This document shows, piece by piece, positions 34,183 to 47,597 of a stretch of 64,000 nt of DNA. The stretch lies in the IMG/VR virus record IMGVR_UViG_3300042894_008610. One strand, written 5' to 3'. Made by a program: the position numbers and the translations under genes. Within the stretch, counting starts at the first letter, position 1; each line of letters begins with the position of its first letter. Below the pieces are notes generated by a model. The model searched no databases and was not told the origin of the DNA. It was given only the letters and a program-made list of their open reading frames with translations. This DNA is from a virus (taxonomy: Duplodnaviria; Heunggongvirae; Uroviricota; Caudoviricetes).

Positions 34183-35934
34183 TTAAAGTTTTATAATGTA
34201 ATAAGTCTCTCCTTGGACGGTCTCTTCGTGAACCGCCCCATCATTGTGTGACATCATATCATAACTCTCATTATCGATAACAGTATCTATAAATTTTTCC
34301 TTATCAATAAAATCATCTAATTCTAATCCGTAATCCTCCGCGTATCCAGTTGGGTTGTATCTAACTTCATCCAACTTACTTTCAATCATATTTTCAATAT
34401 CATCGTCTGAAAAATCACCTTCAGGATTTTCTTCTATTTCTTCTTTTTGTTCTTCTAATTCAGTAATATAGTCTTCCAATTGACTAATTCTATCGTCAAT
34501 TTTATCAACCTTATCTTCATCATCAATCCCATATTTAATTTTTTCAAGTCTTTCTATCTCCCTTTGTGTTTGTAAAACTCTAGCGTCAATAATTTTAATA
34601 GTTTCAACTTGTTTTGAATCTAATTGTCTTTGGGAATCGTCTAAATAAGCATCAGGCTCTTGGTAAACGTCCTGATTGAAATAATCATCAAACCAATTAA
34701 GTATTTCATCCTCATTAACCGCATTATCCTTAACCCAACTAGCAAACCCATCATACCCTTCAGTATCAACCATATCCTCAACATACTCTCTCAACGCATC
34801 ATCCATCTCCGTCTCGGTACCCACAGTATATTCATCACCATATAGTTCAGTTGCAAATTTTTGCATTCCATAGTGTTGGGATTCCAAAGGTATTAAATCG
34901 TAAACGTCTTTATATTCTTTAAACTCATCTAACTCTTCTTCTAATTGTTCAATCTGAGATAATAAATCATACCTTACAGTATCAGAATTTTCATATTCTT
35001 CTTGAAGTTCACTTATTCTTTCTAAAATATCCGTTCTTCTTTCTTCATCATCTTCACTCATAGATTCGATTTCTCCCTCTGAAACCAAATAATCAAAAAG
35101 TGCGTGTGCCATCAATCCTATAGTTGGGCAATCAGGACCTAACTCCCACTCTTTATCAATTCTTCGTTCATTTGCTTCTTCCATAGACAATCTTTTTTCT
35201 TGAGCAATCCTTTTTTCTTGTTCTTTTTTATCAATATCAGTCTTTGTTATGTAGTAATCTAAATTACTCATTTTGTCTTCATATTTTCTCTCAAGAAAAC
35301 TAATAATAAACGAATACACAACATTAAAGTTTGGTATAGAATTTAAAACATCCTCCATACCAACTCTCACATTTTTAACATAAAAATAAGGTTTGGAGTT
35401 TCTAACAAAAACAATTGTTATTTTTTCCTCAGGATTATTTTTATTAATTAAATAGACAATTTTTTTGTCCCCATATTCCCCATATGTTATGTTAAACGAG
35501 TTTTCACTACTAACGTCGACACATCCTACAGAATCTTTACCATAATAACAAGCGCCTGATTGGGTAGATGGTGAAACAATCAATAATTTATCATCTTCAA
35601 ATATTATGGACTTGTTATTGGTAGTGGTCATATTGTTTAGATATTGACCGGTAAAACTATCTATTTGGTTTTTTAAATCTTCATATGAACCAAACTTATT
35701 AATGTCAGTTGTTTGTAAAACACCTTTAAGTCTTTCAAATTTCTGTGTCAAATCAATAATATTAATTAAGTTAATATTATCCCCTTCTTCAGGGAATTTG
35801 TTTGCAACCCAATCCCAATACTCAGGTTGGATGTATTTTACTATTGACGATAAGAGTGGTAAACTCAGTTTGTCCTTATATTTTGTTGTAAAATCAGACT
35901 TACTTTGTTCTTTTAATAACTTACGGATTGACAT
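34183..35934 (-). CDS. large hypothetical protein with a highly acidic C-terminal half
   Basis: 583 aa; D/E-rich repeats. Confidence 0.55.
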   Translation of the reverse strand: MSIRKLLKEQSKSDFTTKYKDKLSLPLLSSIVKYIQPEYWDWVANKFPEEGDNINLINIIDLTQKFERLKGVLQTTDINKFGSYEDLKNQIDSFTGQYLNNMTTTNNKSIIFEDDKLLIVSPSTQSGACYYGKDSVGCVDVSSENSFNITYGEYGDKKIVYLINKNNPEEKITIVFVRNSKPYFYVKNVRVGMEDVLNSIPNFNVVYSFIISFLERKYEDKMSNLDYYITKTDIDKKEQEKRIAQEKRLSMEEANERRIDKEWELGPDCPTIGLMAHALFDYLVSEGEIESMSEDDEERRTDILERISELQEEYENSDTVRYDLLSQIEQLEEELDEFKEYKDVYDLIPLESQHYGMQKFATELYGDEYTVGTETEMDDALREYVEDMVDTEGYDGFASWVKDNAVNEDEILNWFDDYFNQDVYQEPDAYLDDSQRQLDSKQVETIKIIDARVLQTQREIERLEKIKYGIDDEDKVDKIDDRISQLEDYITELEEQKEEIEENPEGDFSDDDIENMIESKLDEVRYNPTGYAEDYGLELDDFIDKEKFIDTVIDNESYDMMSHNDGAVHEETVQGETYYIIKL

Positions 35935-36023
35935 TATTTTTTATTTGATAAATACTTTGATTGATTTATATTTCTACAAGTTTACTATTTATATGTAATA
36001 AAACTCCAATACTACAAAATTAT

Positions 36024-36176
36024 GGGATGTGGTTGTAAAAACAAAGCAAACAACAGTACTAACACTCAATCAAGTCAACAACAGACTCAAGCAACCGCTC
36101 AAAGAGCTCAGTATGTTCAAGAGACTGTTAAAGATGCCATTAAGAAAACAGTTGAGAAATATTACAAACGTTAAGT
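36024..36176 (+). CDS. small protein (50 aa, MGCGCKNKANNST..., Gln-rich)
   Basis: plus-strand ORF followed by a strong terminator; below the track cut-off. Confidence 0.4.
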
Positions 36177-36194
36177 TGTAATATGTTAGTAAAA

Positions 36195-36226
36195 TTAAAA
36201 GGGTGAAGAAATTCACCCTTTTTTTA
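36195..36226 (+). terminator. rho-independent terminator GGGTGAA-GAAA-TTCACCC + T7
   Basis: 36201-36225. Confidence 0.6.
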
Positions 36227-36235
36227 TATTTATAA

Positions 36236-37258
36236 GTGATGACAGGGAAATTACAAAGATTAATCGACGATGTTAATAATGGTAAATTTGATATTATCAA
36301 AGATTTTTTTGGTGATATGGAAACTTTTTTGGACTATCTTGGTAAAAAAGGTTTGATACACGAATTAGACCTTATTAACAACGAAGAAGAATTCGAATAT
36401 GAAGTTAACAAAATAGCCCTCGCAATTAAAGAACATAATCCCGAAAAATTTAGAGAATATGTTTTATCTTCATTAAGTGATGTTACTTATGAAAATGGTG
36501 AATACTATGTGACTTTGAATGATAAAAGTAGACTCGCGTATCTTTTTTGTGATGATAGAAGAAATGGTATGTCTCAATCAACAATATCAGAGATACTAGA
36601 TGGTGAATGGGATTTTGATTTTTGGGATACTACCGATAATGTTTATAGGGATGTTATTCAAGAACTAAATAAGGATAATCTTACTTATTTATCAAAAAAA
36701 ATAAGTAACGAATTATCTGACGTTAAGGTAGAACCTGAAACAGAATTGTTAGAAGAAATTGCCGAGGAACAAGGTCATCCTGAATATGTAACCTTAACCC
36801 CCGAGTTGATTCACGACAGAATATTCAATGATGAGGATTCAACAGAAAGTATTTTGAATGAAACCGAAAACATTAAATCAGATTTACACTCATTACATAA
36901 CAGAGCATATGCAAATGCTTATGAAGATGAGGTGTATAGTGGTATAATGGATGAACTTGAAACATTTTTTGATATGCGCCATTCTGATTGGATAACAGTT
37001 CCAAGTAGTGTAAACCCAAACAAATCTTATACCTATTTCAAAGTTAAAATAAATAATTTTGATTCAGAGATTTCCGATTACCTTAATAACGCGAAGAATC
37101 ATAATGAACCATTAAGTAATTATGGTGACTATCTTAGTATTTTGAGTGAAAATATTAGTTATGGTAGTGCCAATTGTTTGGTATATTACACGCCTGATTA
37201 TGCGGATTGGCCAAAAACAAAAGAAAATATTAACGAACTTTTTGGTGACTATTTTTAA
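36236..37258 (+). CDS. hypothetical acidic protein
   Basis: 340 aa; converges on tail-fibre gene 1. Confidence 0.55.
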   Translation: MMTGKLQRLIDDVNNGKFDIIKDFFGDMETFLDYLGKKGLIHELDLINNEEEFEYEVNKIALAIKEHNPEKFREYVLSSLSDVTYENGEYYVTLNDKSRLAYLFCDDRRNGMSQSTISEILDGEWDFDFWDTTDNVYRDVIQELNKDNLTYLSKKISNELSDVKVEPETELLEEIAEEQGHPEYVTLTPELIHDRIFNDEDSTESILNETENIKSDLHSLHNRAYANAYEDEVYSGIMDELETFFDMRHSDWITVPSSVNPNKSYTYFKVKINNFDSEISDYLNNAKNHNEPLSNYGDYLSILSENISYGSANCLVYYTPDYADWPKTKENINELFGDYF

Positions 37259-40200
37259 ATAATCCCCTTTAGTTTAGCTTTATCCAAAACTTTTTTAGCT
37301 CTCTCTTCAAGAGATGTTATTCTAACCTCTTGTTCTTTTAACGCTTCAATGTTAACGGCAATCATTTCTTTATAATTCATTGTTAACACTTTACCTTCAG
37401 TATAAATAACTTCAGGAACATAAGGCAAAACTTCTTGAGCAATAAATCCAATAGCTTTTTTGTCATTAGAACTATATTCTTTACCTCTCCATTTAAATGT
37501 GACACCTCTAATACTTAATATCTTATTTAGAGCATCACCGATAGGTTTAACATCTTTTTTCAGTCTTTCATCTGAAGGACCTGTTGGTCCTTGTGGACCT
37601 TGAGCTCCTTGTGCTCCGAATGTTGAACTAGCACCTCCTTGAGCCCCTGGTGCTCCTTGTGCCCCTGTTGGACCTGGTGTTGCAGAACCTTGAGCACCTG
37701 TTGGTCCTTTAAGACCTGTAGGTCCTTGTGCACCGACGGCTCCCTCAAAACCTTGTGAACCTTGAGCTCCTTGAGCCCCTGTTGCACCTTGTGCACCTTG
37801 TGGTCCATTAGGAGACGTTGGCCCTTGAGCCCCTTGAGCTCCTTGAGCTCCAATAGCACCTGAATTTCCTTGAGCGCCTTGAGCACCTTGAGCGCCGGCT
37901 GTACCTGAACCTTGAGCACCTTGAGGTCCTGTTGGTCCTGTTGCACCTTGAGGTCCTGTTGGTCCTGTTGCACCTTGAGCACCTTGAAATCCTTGACCCC
38001 CTGTAGGTCCTACGGCTCCTTGTGAACCTTGAGCCCCTTGAGGTCCTGTTGGTCCTGTTGCACCTTGAGCTCCTTGAGCTCCAACAGGTCCTTGAGCACC
38101 TGTGGCTCCTTGGAATCCCTGCTGACCATTAGGTCCTATTCCACCTACGTCCCCTTGAGCACCTTGCGCTCCTTGGAATCCTTGTCCTCCTGTTGCTCCT
38201 TGAGACCCTTGAGCACCTGTTCCTCCTTGAGCTCCCTGAAAACCTTGTCCTCCTTGCGCCCCTTGTGGACCTTGAGCTCCTGTGGCACCTTGAGCACCTT
38301 GAGCTCCCTGCCCACCTTGCGCTCCTTGTGGACCTATTGCTCCTTGGAAACCTTGTGCTCCTTGAAAACCTTGTCCTCCTTGAGCCCCTTGAGTTCCTGT
38401 TGCTCCTTGAGCACCTTGAGCCCCTTGTGCTCCCTGTCCTCCTGTTGCGCCTTGAGCTCCTTGTGCTCCTTGTCCTCCTGTTGCTCCTTGGACTCCTTGT
38501 CCACCTGTTGCTCCTTGCGCACCTTGGTTACCAACAGCACCTTGAGCTCCTTGGAAACCTTGAGCCCCCTGACCTCCTTGTGCACCTTGTACTCCAACAG
38601 CACCTTGAGCCCCTTGTGCTCCTTGGAAACCTTGTCCTCCTTGAGCACCTTGAGTACCTGATATACCTACAGAACCTTGAGAACCTTGAGCCCCTTGTCC
38701 TCCTTGAGCACCTTGAGTTCCTGATACACCTTGAGCTCCTTGAGCCCCTTGGAAACCTTGACCTCCTTGAGCACCTTGAGTTCCTGTTGTACCTTGAGCC
38801 CCTTGAGCTCCTTGAAAACCTTGTCCTCCTTGAGCTCCTTGGGTTCCTGTTGCTCCTTGAGCTCCTTGAGCTCCTTGAGCTCCTTGGAAACCTTGAGCAC
38901 CTTGGGTTCCTGTTGCACCTTGAGCCCCTTGAGCTCCTTGGAAACCTTGACCTCCTTGAGCCCCTTGGGTTCCTGTCGCTCCTTGTGCACCTTGAGCTCC
39001 TTGTGCTCCCTGTCCACCCTGAGCACCCTGAGTTGCTGTCGCTCCTTGCGCTCCTTGAGCTCCTTGAGCTCCTTGACCACCTTGAGCACCTTGGTTACCA
39101 ACTGCCCCTTGTGAACCTTGAGCCCCTTGTGCTCCTTGTCCACCTTGGGCTCCCTGATTACCTTTAGCCCCTTGAGCTCCTTGCGCCCCTTGGGCTCCTT
39201 GACCACCTTGAGCACCTTGGTTACCAACTGCCCCTTGTGAACCTTGAGCCCCTTGCGCTCCTTGTCCACCTTGCGCTCCTTGTCCACCTTGAGCACCTTG
39301 AGCCCCTTGTGCTCCTTGAGCACCTTGTCCTCCTTGAGCACCTTGTGTTCCCGTTGCACCTTGAGCACCTTGAGCTCCTTGGAAACCTTGTCCACCTTGA
39401 GCACCCTGTGTTCCTGTTGCTCCTTGAGCCCCTTGTGCTCCTTGGGCTCCTTGTCCACCTTGAGCACCCTGTGTTCCTGTTGCACCTTGAGCACCTTGTG
39501 CTCCTTGGGCTCCTTGTCCACCTTGGGCACCTTGGTTACCCTTTCCACCTTGAGCACCTTGTGCTCCTTGGGCTCCTTGTCCACCTTGAGCACCCTGTGT
39601 TCCTGTTGCACCTTGAGCACCTTGTGCTCCTTGGGCTCCTTGTCCACCTTGGGCACCTTGGTTACCCTTTCCACCTTGAGCACCTTGTGCTCCTTGGGCC
39701 CCTTGTCCACCTTGAGCACCCTGATTACCTGTCGCACCCTGAGCCCCTTGAGCTCCTTGAGCTCCCTGTCCACCTTGTGCACCTTGGTTACCAACCGCTC
39801 CTTGTGAACCTTGAGCTCCTTGAGCTCCTTGTCCTCCTTGGGCGCCTTGGTTACCAACCGCTCCTTGTGAACCTTGAGCTCCTTGAGCACCTTGTCCACC
39901 TTGAGCACCTTGATTACCTTTTCCACCTTGAGCGCCTTGAGCTCCTTGAGCTCCTTGTCCTCCTTGGGCACCTTGGTTACCAACCGCTCCTTGTGAACCT
40001 TGAGCTCCTTGAGCTCCTTGTCCACCTTGAGCGCCTTGATTACCTTTTCCACCTTGGGCGCCTTGAGCACCTTGAGCACCTTGTCCTCCTTGAGCCCCTT
40101 GGTTACCTGTTGCCCCTTGAGCTCCTTGTGCGCCTTGTGAACCTTGCCCTCCTGTTGCTCCTTGGGAACCTTGAGCTCCTTGGGCTCCTTGACTACCAAC

Positions 40201-40539
40201 CGCTCCTTGAGCACCTTGGTTACCAGTATTACCCTGAGCACCTTGTCCTCCTTGGGCACCTTGATTACCTTGAGCGCCTTGTGGTCCAGCATTTACATTA
40301 CCTTTCCATCCGGTAGAGTCTATTATTAATCCGTAATTGTTTGTAACTGTATTAGCACTTAAATTTGTATTTTGTACTTGGAATATAGGTGCTGTCTTGG
40401 CAATTTTTAGATATGTTGTTGTTTGATTTACAACATAATTCAATGTAGAACTAGAATATACCAAATCACTTCGAGTATTCCCCGAATCATAAAATTGTAT
40501 TGTTATACTTGCAGGTACTATTATTATATTCTCAGCCAC
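37255..40539 (-). CDS. collagen-like (Gly-X-Y) tail fibre protein with C-terminal S74 intramolecular chaperone (auto-processing) domain
   Basis: ~290 GXY triplets ([11 protein letters not shown]...); C-terminus SDERLKKDV...FKW...IGFIAQEV matches the endosialidase-chaperone/S74 motif; GTG start (MAENIII). Confidence 0.85.
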   Translation of the reverse strand: MAENIIIVPASITIQFYDSGNTRSDLVYSSSTLNYVVNQTTTYLKIAKTAPIFQVQNTNLSANTVTNNYGLIIDSTGWKGNVNAGPQGAQGNQGAQGGQGAQGNTGNQGAQGAVGSQGAQGAQGSQGATGGQGSQGAQGAQGATGNQGAQGGQGAQGAQGAQGGKGNQGAQGGQGAQGAQGSQGAVGNQGAQGGQGAQGAQGAQGGKGNQGAQGGQGAQGAQGSQGAVGNQGAQGGQGAQGAQGSQGAVGNQGAQGGQGAQGAQGAQGATGNQGAQGGQGAQGAQGAQGGKGNQGAQGGQGAQGAQGAQGATGTQGAQGGQGAQGAQGAQGGKGNQGAQGGQGAQGAQGAQGATGTQGAQGGQGAQGAQGAQGATGTQGAQGGQGFQGAQGAQGATGTQGAQGGQGAQGAQGAQGAQGGQGAQGGQGAQGAQGSQGAVGNQGAQGGQGAQGAQGAQGAKGNQGAQGGQGAQGAQGSQGAVGNQGAQGGQGAQGAQGAQGATATQGAQGGQGAQGAQGAQGATGTQGAQGGQGFQGAQGAQGATGTQGAQGFQGAQGAQGAQGATGTQGAQGGQGFQGAQGAQGTTGTQGAQGGQGFQGAQGAQGVSGTQGAQGGQGAQGSQGSVGISGTQGAQGGQGFQGAQGAQGAVGVQGAQGGQGAQGFQGAQGAVGNQGAQGATGGQGVQGATGGQGAQGAQGATGGQGAQGAQGAQGATGTQGAQGGQGFQGAQGFQGAIGPQGAQGGQGAQGAQGATGAQGPQGAQGGQGFQGAQGGTGAQGSQGATGGQGFQGAQGAQGDVGGIGPNGQQGFQGATGAQGPVGAQGAQGATGPTGPQGAQGSQGAVGPTGGQGFQGAQGATGPTGPQGATGPTGPQGAQGSGTAGAQGAQGAQGNSGAIGAQGAQGAQGPTSPNGPQGAQGATGAQGAQGSQGFEGAVGAQGPTGLKGPTGAQGSATPGPTGAQGAPGAQGGASSTFGAQGAQGPQGPTGPSDERLKKDVKPIGDALNKILSIRGVTFKWRGKEYSSNDKKAIGFIAQEVLPYVPEVIYTEGKVLTMNYKEMIAVNIEALKEQEVRITSLEERAKKVLDKAKLKGII
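37620..40290 (-). repeat. collagen triplet-coding repeat array (9-18 nt period, many near-perfect copies)
   Basis: read directly; generates spurious Leu-rich and Lys-rich ORFs in other frames. Confidence 0.8.
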
Positions 40540-43500
40540 GTAATTTTTCTTCTAATTCAGTTAATGATGTTTTAAGGACATCCATTCTTTTTTGATTTTC
40601 TTTTACAAAAGATACTCCAAGAGTAACAAGTAGTTCATACTGTAAAGATTTATAACCAAACTTATCTTCCCAAACAATTTCAGGAAAATATTTTTCAACT
40701 TGTTGGGCGATAAAACCTATACTTCGTTTTTTAAGTAAATACTTTTCATTGTCTTTATACAATGAAAGTTGTGGTATATTTTCAACCCAATCAAAAGATA
40801 CACCATTCATATTAACAACATCAATAGCTCTATCAAATTTCTTGATGTTTTCTTTCAATCTTCTATCTGAAGGTGGCCCTTGAGGTCCTTGAGCACCTTG
40901 TGCTCCTTGTGGTCCCGTTTTACCAGCATTACCTTGAGCACCTTGAGCACCTTGTGGTCCTGTAACACTAGCACCTTGAGCTCCTTGAGAACCAGTACCT
41001 CCTGCAGGTCCTGTTGCACCTTGAGCTCCTTGGACTCCTTGTGGACCTGTCCCACCTGTAACAGCTCCTTGAGCGCCTTGTGCTCCTTGTGCCCCTGCAG
41101 CTCCTTTTCCTCCTTGAGCACCTTGTGCTCCTGTGGAACCCTGAGTTCCGGCCTTTCCTGTTGCACCTGTAGCACCTTTTGGTCCCGATGGTCCTTGAGC
41201 TCCTGTTGGTCCTTGAGGTCCTCTTGACCCTTGTACACCTTGTCCTCCTGTCTGACCTGCAGCACCTTGAGCCCCCTGTGTCGCACCCGCAGGTCCTTTT
41301 GTTCCTCCCGCACCTTGAGCACCTGTAGGACCTGGACCTCCTGTAGGACCTGTCGCTCCTTGAGACCCTTGAGAACCTTGAGCTCCAGCGGGTCCTTGAG
41401 CACCTTGTGTAACACTCGGATTCCCTTGTGGTCCTTGTGAACCTGTTGCTCCTGTGGCACCCTGAGCTCCTTGGGTACCTCCTTGAGCACCTGTGGCTCC
41501 TTGTGGGCCTTGAGGTCCTTTTGCTCCTTGAGCTCCTTGAGGACCTCCTTGAGCCCCTATCGGACCTTGGGCTCCTTGAGCTCCTGTAGCACCTGTTGCA
41601 CCTTGAGTACCTCCTGTAGCACCTTGGAATCCCTGAGGTCCTGTAGCACCTGTAGCACCCTGAGCCCCTTGAGGTCCTCCTTGTGCACCAACAGGTCCTT
41701 GAGCACCTGTAGCACCTGTAGCACCTGGAGCCCCTTGCGGAGTACCTTGTGGTCCTTGAGCACCTTGAGCTCCTGTTGGTCCTGTAGAGCCTGTTGCTCC
41801 TTGGACCGCTCCTTGAGCACCTTGATTACCAACAGCACCTGTTTGTCCAGTCGCACCTTGTGCCCCTTGAGCACCTTGAGGTCCTCCTGGATTTCCCTGA
41901 GCACCTTGGGCTCCTTGTCCACCTTGAGCACCCTGTGCACCTGTTGGTCCTCCCTGTGCACCTGTTGGTCCTTGAGCACCTTGGGCTCCTTGAGCACCTT
42001 GTCCTCCTTGTACACCTCCTTGAGAACCTGTTGGTCCTTGAGCTCCTGTCGCACCTGTGGCACCTGTCGCTCCTTGCGTTCCTCCTTGAGCACCTGTTGG
42101 TCCTTGAGCCCCTGTTGCACCTGTGGCTCCTGTAGCCCCTTGAGGTCCTCCTTGTGCACCAACAGGTCCTTGAGCTCCTGTAGCTCCTGTGGCTCCCGTC
42201 GCACCCTGAACTCCACCTTGAGCACCTGTTGGTCCTTGAGCTCCTGTAGCTCCTGTGGCCCCTGTTGCACCCTGAACTCCACCTTGAGCACCTGTAGGTC
42301 CTTGTGCACCTGTTGTTCCATTAGCACCCGTTGCCCCCTGAACTCCACCTTGAGCACCTGTTGGCCCTTGTGCACCTGTTGTTCCATTAGCACCTTGAGC
42401 CCCTTGAGGTCCTCCTTGTGCACCTGTTGGTCCTTGGGCACCTGTTGTACCTTGAGCACCTTGAGCTCCTTGAGAAGCTCCTTGTGCTCCTTGTGAACCA
42501 ACGGCTCCTTGAGCACCTTGTGCTCCCTGATTTCCCTGAACTCCACCTTGTGCTCCTGTAGGTCCTTGGGCACCTGTTGTACCTTGAGCACCTTGAGCCC
42601 CTTGAGAAGCCCCTTGAGCTCCTTGTGAACCAACGGCTCCTTGTGCACCCTGTGCTCCCTGATTTCCCTGAACTCCACCTTGTGCTCCTGTAGGTCCTTG
42701 TGCACCTGTTGTACCAGCGGCACCTGTTGCCCCCTGAACTCCACCTTGAGCACCTGTAGGTCCTTGTGCTCCTGTGGCACCTGTCGCACCTGTTGCCCCT
42801 TGGACACCTCCTTGAGCTCCCGTACTACCTTGAGCTCCTTGAGCACCTGTCGTACCCTGAGCACCCTGAGAAGCACCTTGTGCACCTTGTGAACCAACGG
42901 CTCCTTGAGCACCTTGTGCTCCCTGATTTCCTTGGACACCACCTTGAGCTCCCGTAGGTCCTTGGGCACCTGTCGTACCTTGAGCACCTTGAGCACCTTG
43001 TGATGCACCTTGAGCTCCTTGTGAACCAACGGCTCCTTGAGCACCTTGTGCTCCCTGATTTCCTTGGACACCACCTTGAGCACCTGTTGTCCCTTGAGCA
43101 CCTTGAGCTCCTGTCGCCCCTGTCGCTCCTTGCGTTCCTCCTTGAGCGCCCGTACTACCTTGGGCACCTTGGGCACCTGTGGCTCCTGTCGCTCCTTGTG
43201 TTCCTCCTTGAGCACCTGTACTACCTTGAGCACCTTGTGCCCCTGTCGTACCTTGAGCACCTTGTGAACCTCCTTGAGCACCTTGTGAACCAACGGCTCC
43301 CTGAGCACCTTGGGCTCCTTGTCCTCCTTGTGTCCCACCTTGAGCACCTGTACTACCTTGAGCACCTTGAGCACCTGTCGTACCTTGAGCACCTTGTGAA
43401 CCTCCTTGAGCTCCTTGTGAACCAACGGCTCCTTGAGCACCTTGTGCTCCCTGATTTCCTTGGACACCACCTTGAGCACCTGCAATACCTTGAGCACCTT

Positions 43501-43954
43501 GTGCCCCTGTTGTTCCTTGCGCCCCTTGAGACGCTCCTTGAGCACCTTGTGCTCCTACTGCTCCTTGAGCACCAGTACTACCTTGTGCTCCTTGAGCTCC
43601 TGTACTACCACCCCCACCTTGAGCTCCCGTTGTTCCTTGTGCCCCAACATTTCCTTGAGCTCCTTGAGCACCTTTAATAGTTGTTTGTGGTCCAATCCAT
43701 ACACCGGCATTATTAATCATATTTTGACCACCAACCCATAAACCTGATGGTGAACTTGATATTGTAACACCTGTAGTTGTTATGTCATTATTACTGAAAA
43801 CTACTAATGATGGACTTGTTGTTGCAGAAAATTTGACATCACCCGGTGCAACCATATTAATTTGGATACTATCCGCAGCAGACGCCCCCTCGTATACTAT
43901 ATGAGGCGATGAGTTTCCTGTAGTTCCACTTGGATATATTATTACGTCTGCCAT
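40532..43954 (-). CDS. collagen-like tail fibre protein with C-terminal S74 intramolecular chaperone domain (paralog 2)
   Basis: GXY array; C-terminus [11 protein letters not shown]...FDW...[16 protein letters not shown]. Confidence 0.85.
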   Translation of the reverse strand: MADVIIYPSGTTGNSSPHIVYEGASAADSIQINMVAPGDVKFSATTSPSLVVFSNNDITTTGVTISSSPSGLWVGGQNMINNAGVWIGPQTTIKGAQGAQGNVGAQGTTGAQGGGGSTGAQGAQGSTGAQGAVGAQGAQGASQGAQGTTGAQGAQGIAGAQGGVQGNQGAQGAQGAVGSQGAQGGSQGAQGTTGAQGAQGSTGAQGGTQGGQGAQGAQGAVGSQGAQGGSQGAQGTTGAQGAQGSTGAQGGTQGATGATGAQGAQGSTGAQGGTQGATGATGAQGAQGTTGAQGGVQGNQGAQGAQGAVGSQGAQGASQGAQGAQGTTGAQGPTGAQGGVQGNQGAQGAQGAVGSQGAQGASQGAQGTTGAQGAQGSTGAQGGVQGATGATGATGAQGPTGAQGGVQGATGAAGTTGAQGPTGAQGGVQGNQGAQGAQGAVGSQGAQGASQGAQGAQGTTGAQGPTGAQGGVQGNQGAQGAQGAVGSQGAQGASQGAQGAQGTTGAQGPTGAQGGPQGAQGANGTTGAQGPTGAQGGVQGATGANGTTGAQGPTGAQGGVQGATGATGATGAQGPTGAQGGVQGATGATGATGAQGPVGAQGGPQGATGATGATGAQGPTGAQGGTQGATGATGATGAQGPTGSQGGVQGGQGAQGAQGAQGPTGAQGGPTGAQGAQGGQGAQGAQGNPGGPQGAQGAQGATGQTGAVGNQGAQGAVQGATGSTGPTGAQGAQGPQGTPQGAPGATGATGAQGPVGAQGGPQGAQGATGATGPQGFQGATGGTQGATGATGAQGAQGPIGAQGGPQGAQGAKGPQGPQGATGAQGGTQGAQGATGATGSQGPQGNPSVTQGAQGPAGAQGSQGSQGATGPTGGPGPTGAQGAGGTKGPAGATQGAQGAAGQTGGQGVQGSRGPQGPTGAQGPSGPKGATGATGKAGTQGSTGAQGAQGGKGAAGAQGAQGAQGAVTGGTGPQGVQGAQGATGPAGGTGSQGAQGASVTGPQGAQGAQGNAGKTGPQGAQGAQGPQGPPSDRRLKENIKKFDRAIDVVNMNGVSFDWVENIPQLSLYKDNEKYLLKKRSIGFIAQQVEKYFPEIVWEDKFGYKSLQYELLVTLGVSFVKENQKRMDVLKTSLTELEEKLRG
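40850..43650 (-). repeat. collagen triplet-coding repeat array
   Basis: read directly. Confidence 0.8.
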
Positions 43955-43957
43955 ATA

Positions 43958-46900
43958 TTAATTTCTTTCAACCTTTTCTTCTAAATTTGTTAATAGAGAA
44001 TCCAAGTCATCAATAAATACTTGTTGCTCTTTTATGGCTTCTACTAAATAAGCGTTAAGTGAGGTATAGTTTAAACTATAATAACCGCCACCCCTTAATT
44101 CAATTATATCTGGTATTACACTTCTAACTTCTTGTGCAATAAAACCAAACGAGTGTAGTTTACCATCTCGTTTCATTGCCTCATAGTTGGGGTCTAATTC
44201 GTTCCAATCAAATTCAACAGGATTTAATTGTAAAACACTTTCTAACGAGTTTTCAATAGTAGTAATTTCTTGTTTTAAACTAATATCTGAAGGACAAGTA
44301 TTAGGAACACCAATAATTAAACAACCTCCTGTGTCTAGGTCGTAATAAAGTGATGATAAGTCATACCATACGGGAGCAGGTAAAGGAGTTACACAACTAA
44401 GATTTGCACAGTCAGTCGCATTTTCAAACACAGATGTGTTGTTAGTCCAAGTAGTAATATCGTCTGGCGAGTATATGTCCCCATAAAATCCGCGGTTTAA
44501 TGAACAAGCACTACCCGGGTCACCCGCATAATAACCTGAATATTGAAAACAAGATGCTGATGGTGGTCCTGCCGGTCCTGGCGCTCCAGGAGCACCCTGA
44601 GCACCTTGTGGTCCCGTATCACCTTGAGCTCCCGTAGCACCTGTTAGTCCGTCGGCACCTGCAGGTCCTGGTGCTCCTTGAGCACCTTGTGTTAACCCTT
44701 GTGCACCTTGTGGTCCTTGAGCGCCTTGTGCACCTTGTGGTCCTTTTGCACCTGTAGGTCCTGGTGCTCCTTGTGCACCTAATGGACCGGCACCTCTAAG
44801 TTCCCCTATTCCCCCTTGAGCCCCCTGAGCACCTGATGGTACAATTGGTGTAGGTCCTTGAGCACCTTGTGCACCTTGTCCTCCACCTGCTCCTTGAGCT
44901 CCTTGGAATCCAAGAGGTCCTTGAGCACCTTGAGTAGCACCTGTTGGTCCTTGAGCCCCTGTAGCACCTTGTGGTCCAGGAAGTCCAGCAATTCCTTGTG
45001 TTCCAACATTTCCTTGAGCACCTGTAGGTCCGGGAGAACCTTGAGCACCTGTTGCACCGATATTTCCAATAGGACCAGGACCTGTTCCTTGAGCTCCTTG
45101 TGGTCCTTGAACACCAGGAAATCCTGTGTTTCCTTGTGCACCTGTGGCACCTGTTGCACCTGTTGGTCCAACATCTCCTTGTGAACCTTGAAATCCAAAA
45201 GTACCGGTACCACCACCAGCACCTGTATTTCCAACATCACCTTGTGCACCTGAAAAACCTGTGGCACCTTGAGCTCCTTGAGAACCTGTAGGCCCAACCG
45301 GACCTGTTGCTCCACCCGCTCCTTGAGAACCTTGAGCTCCTGTAGCACCAGTATTTCCAACATTACCTTGTGAACCTTGAGCTCCTTGAGCCCCTTGTGG
45401 TCCTCCTCCTCCCACAGGACCCGCAAAACCTGGAAATCCTGTAGAACCTTGAGAACCTTGAGCTCCTTGAGCCCCTTGTGGTCCAACGGCCCCTTGAGAA
45501 CCCTGAGCTCCTTGAGCTCCTTGAGCACCTATTGTACCTGAATTACCTGTTGGCCCAAAGACTCCTACCGTTCCTTGAGCTCCTTGTGCTCCTTGTGGTC
45601 CTCCTGAACCTTGTGGACCTCGAGCCCCTTGTGAACCCTGAGCACCTTGTGCTCCTTGTGCACCCACATTACCTGTAGGTCCAACGGCTCCTTGTGAACC
45701 CTGAGCACCTTGTGCTCCTTGTGCACCTTGGTTACCTGTAGGTCCAACGGCTCCTTGTGAACCCTGAGCTCCTTGGGCTCCTTGCGCACCTTGGTTACCT
45801 GTAGGTCCAACGGCTCCTTGTGAACCTTGAGCTCCTTGTGCTCCTTGTGGTCCTCCTGAACCTTGCGGTCCAACGGCTCCTTGTGAACCTTGTGCTCCTT
45901 GTGCTCCTTGTGGTCCTCCTGAACCTTGCGGTCCAACGGCTCCTTGTGAACCCTGAGCACCTTGTGCTCCTTGTGCACCCACATTACCTGTAGGTCCAAC
46001 GGCTCCTTGTGAACCCTGAGCACCTTGTGCTCCTTGTGCACCTTGGTTACCTGTAGGTCCAACGGCTCCTTGTGAACCTGTATTACCTTGAGCTCCTTGG
46101 TTACCGGTATTTCCTTGGGCTCCTGTATGTCCTGTTGAACCTTGTGCTCCTTGAGCTCCTGTTGCACCTCCATTACCTGTTGGTCCAACCGCTCCTTGGA
46201 AACCTGTGTTACCTTGTGCTCCTTGATTACCTGTGTTTCCTTGTGCACCTGTATGTCCTGTTGAGCCCTGAGCACCTTGTGCACCTGTTGCCCCACCATT
46301 ACCTGTAGGCCCTACATTACCTTGTGAACCTTGAGCCCCTTGTGCCCCTTGAGCCCCTTGAGCCCCTTGTGGTCCTACATTACCTTGTGAACCTTGTGCT
46401 CCTTGTGCTCCTTGTGGTCCTGTTGAACCTGTTGGTCCGACATTACCCTGAGCTCCCTGATTACCTTGAGCACCTGTTGGCCCCACGTTTCCTTGTGCAC
46501 CTGTGTGTCCTGTTGAACCCTGAGCACCTTGTGCTCCTGTAGCTCCCGCATTACCTGTTGGTCCTACGTTACCCTGAGAACCTTGATTTCCTTGTGCACC
46601 TGTATTACCAGTATTACCTTGAGCACCTGTATGTCCTGTTGAACCCTGAGCGCCTTGTGCTCCTGTCGCACCTCCGTTACCTGTTGGTCCGACATTACCC
46701 TGAGCGCCCTGATTACCTTGTGAACCTTGTGACCCTGTTGCACCTGTTGGTCCGACATTACCTTGTGCTCCCTGATTACCTTGTGAACCTTGTGACCCTG
46801 TCGCTCCTGTTGGTCCGACATTACCCTGAGCACCTTGATTACCTTGAGAACCTTGAGCTCCCACATTACCTTGTGCACCAGGATGTCCTGTTGAACCCTG

Positions 46901-47536
46901 AGCTCCTTGAGCACCTGTCGCACCTCCGTTACCTGTTGGTCCGACATTACCCTGAGCACCTTGATTACCTTGAGAACCTTGAGCTCCCACATTACCTTGT
47001 GCGCCAGGATGTCCTGTTGAACCCTGAGCTCCTTGTGCACCTGTCGCTCCTCCGTTACCTGTTGGTCCGACATTACCCTGAGCGCCCTGATTACCCTGAG
47101 CACCTGTTGGTCCCACGTTTCCTTGTGCACCAGGATGTCCTTGAGAACCTTGAGCATTTGCTGAACCTTGAGCTCCTTGATTACCCTTTCCACCTTGTGA
47201 ACCTTGTGAACCCTGAGCACCCGTATTTCCAATGGCTCCTTGAGCTCCTTGATTACCTTGGAATCCTGTTATATTTGTTCCAGGTCCTAACCAAGCACCT
47301 GTACCATTTAATACTTGAATTCCTCCAATAGTTAGATTATTAATGATATTAATATCATCATACGCTTGGATACCACCCGATGACATTAATAATGTAGAAC
47401 CCCACTTTATAGAAGTACCAGCACCATAAGGTCTGACCTCTAACCTCAAAGTTCCCGTATTTTCAAAATCAATATAGGGAATCCTTCCGGGATTCGGGAC
47501 TAAATTACCAGGTACAATTGTTATATTTTTTGCCAT
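43958..47536 (-). CDS. collagen-like tail fibre protein with C-terminal S74 intramolecular chaperone domain (paralog 3)
   Basis: GXY array; C-terminal Cys-rich knob then SDISLKQEI...FDW...FGFIAQEV. Confidence 0.85.
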   Translation of the reverse strand: MAKNITIVPGNLVPNPGRIPYIDFENTGTLRLEVRPYGAGTSIKWGSTLLMSSGGIQAYDDINIINNLTIGGIQVLNGTGAWLGPGTNITGFQGNQGAQGAIGNTGAQGSQGSQGGKGNQGAQGSANAQGSQGHPGAQGNVGPTGAQGNQGAQGNVGPTGNGGATGAQGAQGSTGHPGAQGNVGAQGSQGNQGAQGNVGPTGNGGATGAQGAQGSTGHPGAQGNVGAQGSQGNQGAQGNVGPTGATGSQGSQGNQGAQGNVGPTGATGSQGSQGNQGAQGNVGPTGNGGATGAQGAQGSTGHTGAQGNTGNTGAQGNQGSQGNVGPTGNAGATGAQGAQGSTGHTGAQGNVGPTGAQGNQGAQGNVGPTGSTGPQGAQGAQGSQGNVGPQGAQGAQGAQGAQGSQGNVGPTGNGGATGAQGAQGSTGHTGAQGNTGNQGAQGNTGFQGAVGPTGNGGATGAQGAQGSTGHTGAQGNTGNQGAQGNTGSQGAVGPTGNQGAQGAQGAQGSQGAVGPTGNVGAQGAQGAQGSQGAVGPQGSGGPQGAQGAQGSQGAVGPQGSGGPQGAQGAQGSQGAVGPTGNQGAQGAQGAQGSQGAVGPTGNQGAQGAQGAQGSQGAVGPTGNVGAQGAQGAQGSQGARGPQGSGGPQGAQGAQGTVGVFGPTGNSGTIGAQGAQGAQGSQGAVGPQGAQGAQGSQGSTGFPGFAGPVGGGGPQGAQGAQGSQGNVGNTGATGAQGSQGAGGATGPVGPTGSQGAQGATGFSGAQGDVGNTGAGGGTGTFGFQGSQGDVGPTGATGATGAQGNTGFPGVQGPQGAQGTGPGPIGNIGATGAQGSPGPTGAQGNVGTQGIAGLPGPQGATGAQGPTGATQGAQGPLGFQGAQGAGGGQGAQGAQGPTPIVPSGAQGAQGGIGELRGAGPLGAQGAPGPTGAKGPQGAQGAQGPQGAQGLTQGAQGAPGPAGADGLTGATGAQGDTGPQGAQGAPGAPGPAGPPSASCFQYSGYYAGDPGSACSLNRGFYGDIYSPDDITTWTNNTSVFENATDCANLSCVTPLPAPVWYDLSSLYYDLDTGGCLIIGVPNTCPSDISLKQEITTIENSLESVLQLNPVEFDWNELDPNYEAMKRDGKLHSFGFIAQEVRSVIPDIIELRGGGYYSLNYTSLNAYLVEAIKEQQVFIDDLDSLLTNLEEKVERN
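44580..47265 (-). repeat. collagen triplet-coding repeat array
   Basis: read directly. Confidence 0.8.
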
Positions 47537-47597
47537 CAGGGATTTTTCTACTCTCTATAAATACAATTCTTATGCTTTTTAGATAAACAAAAAACAA

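Noticed and set aside
37620-47265. Highly regular short direct repeats that could suggest a CRISPR array
   Set aside because: The repeats are contiguous with no unique spacers and maintain a Gly-X-Y coding frame, so they are coding triplet repeats, not CRISPR.
37560-47331. Many plus- and minus-strand ORFs inside the tail-fibre genes, for example 38193..39167, 39237..40316, 41471..42496, 41557..43545, 45565..46299 and 46558..47331, encoding Leu/His/Glu-rich or Lys/Val-rich repeats
   Set aside because: They are alternative-frame read-throughs of the GC-rich GGN-GCN-CAA collagen triplet array. Only the Gly-X-Y frame has intact N- and C-terminal domains with recognisable motifs.
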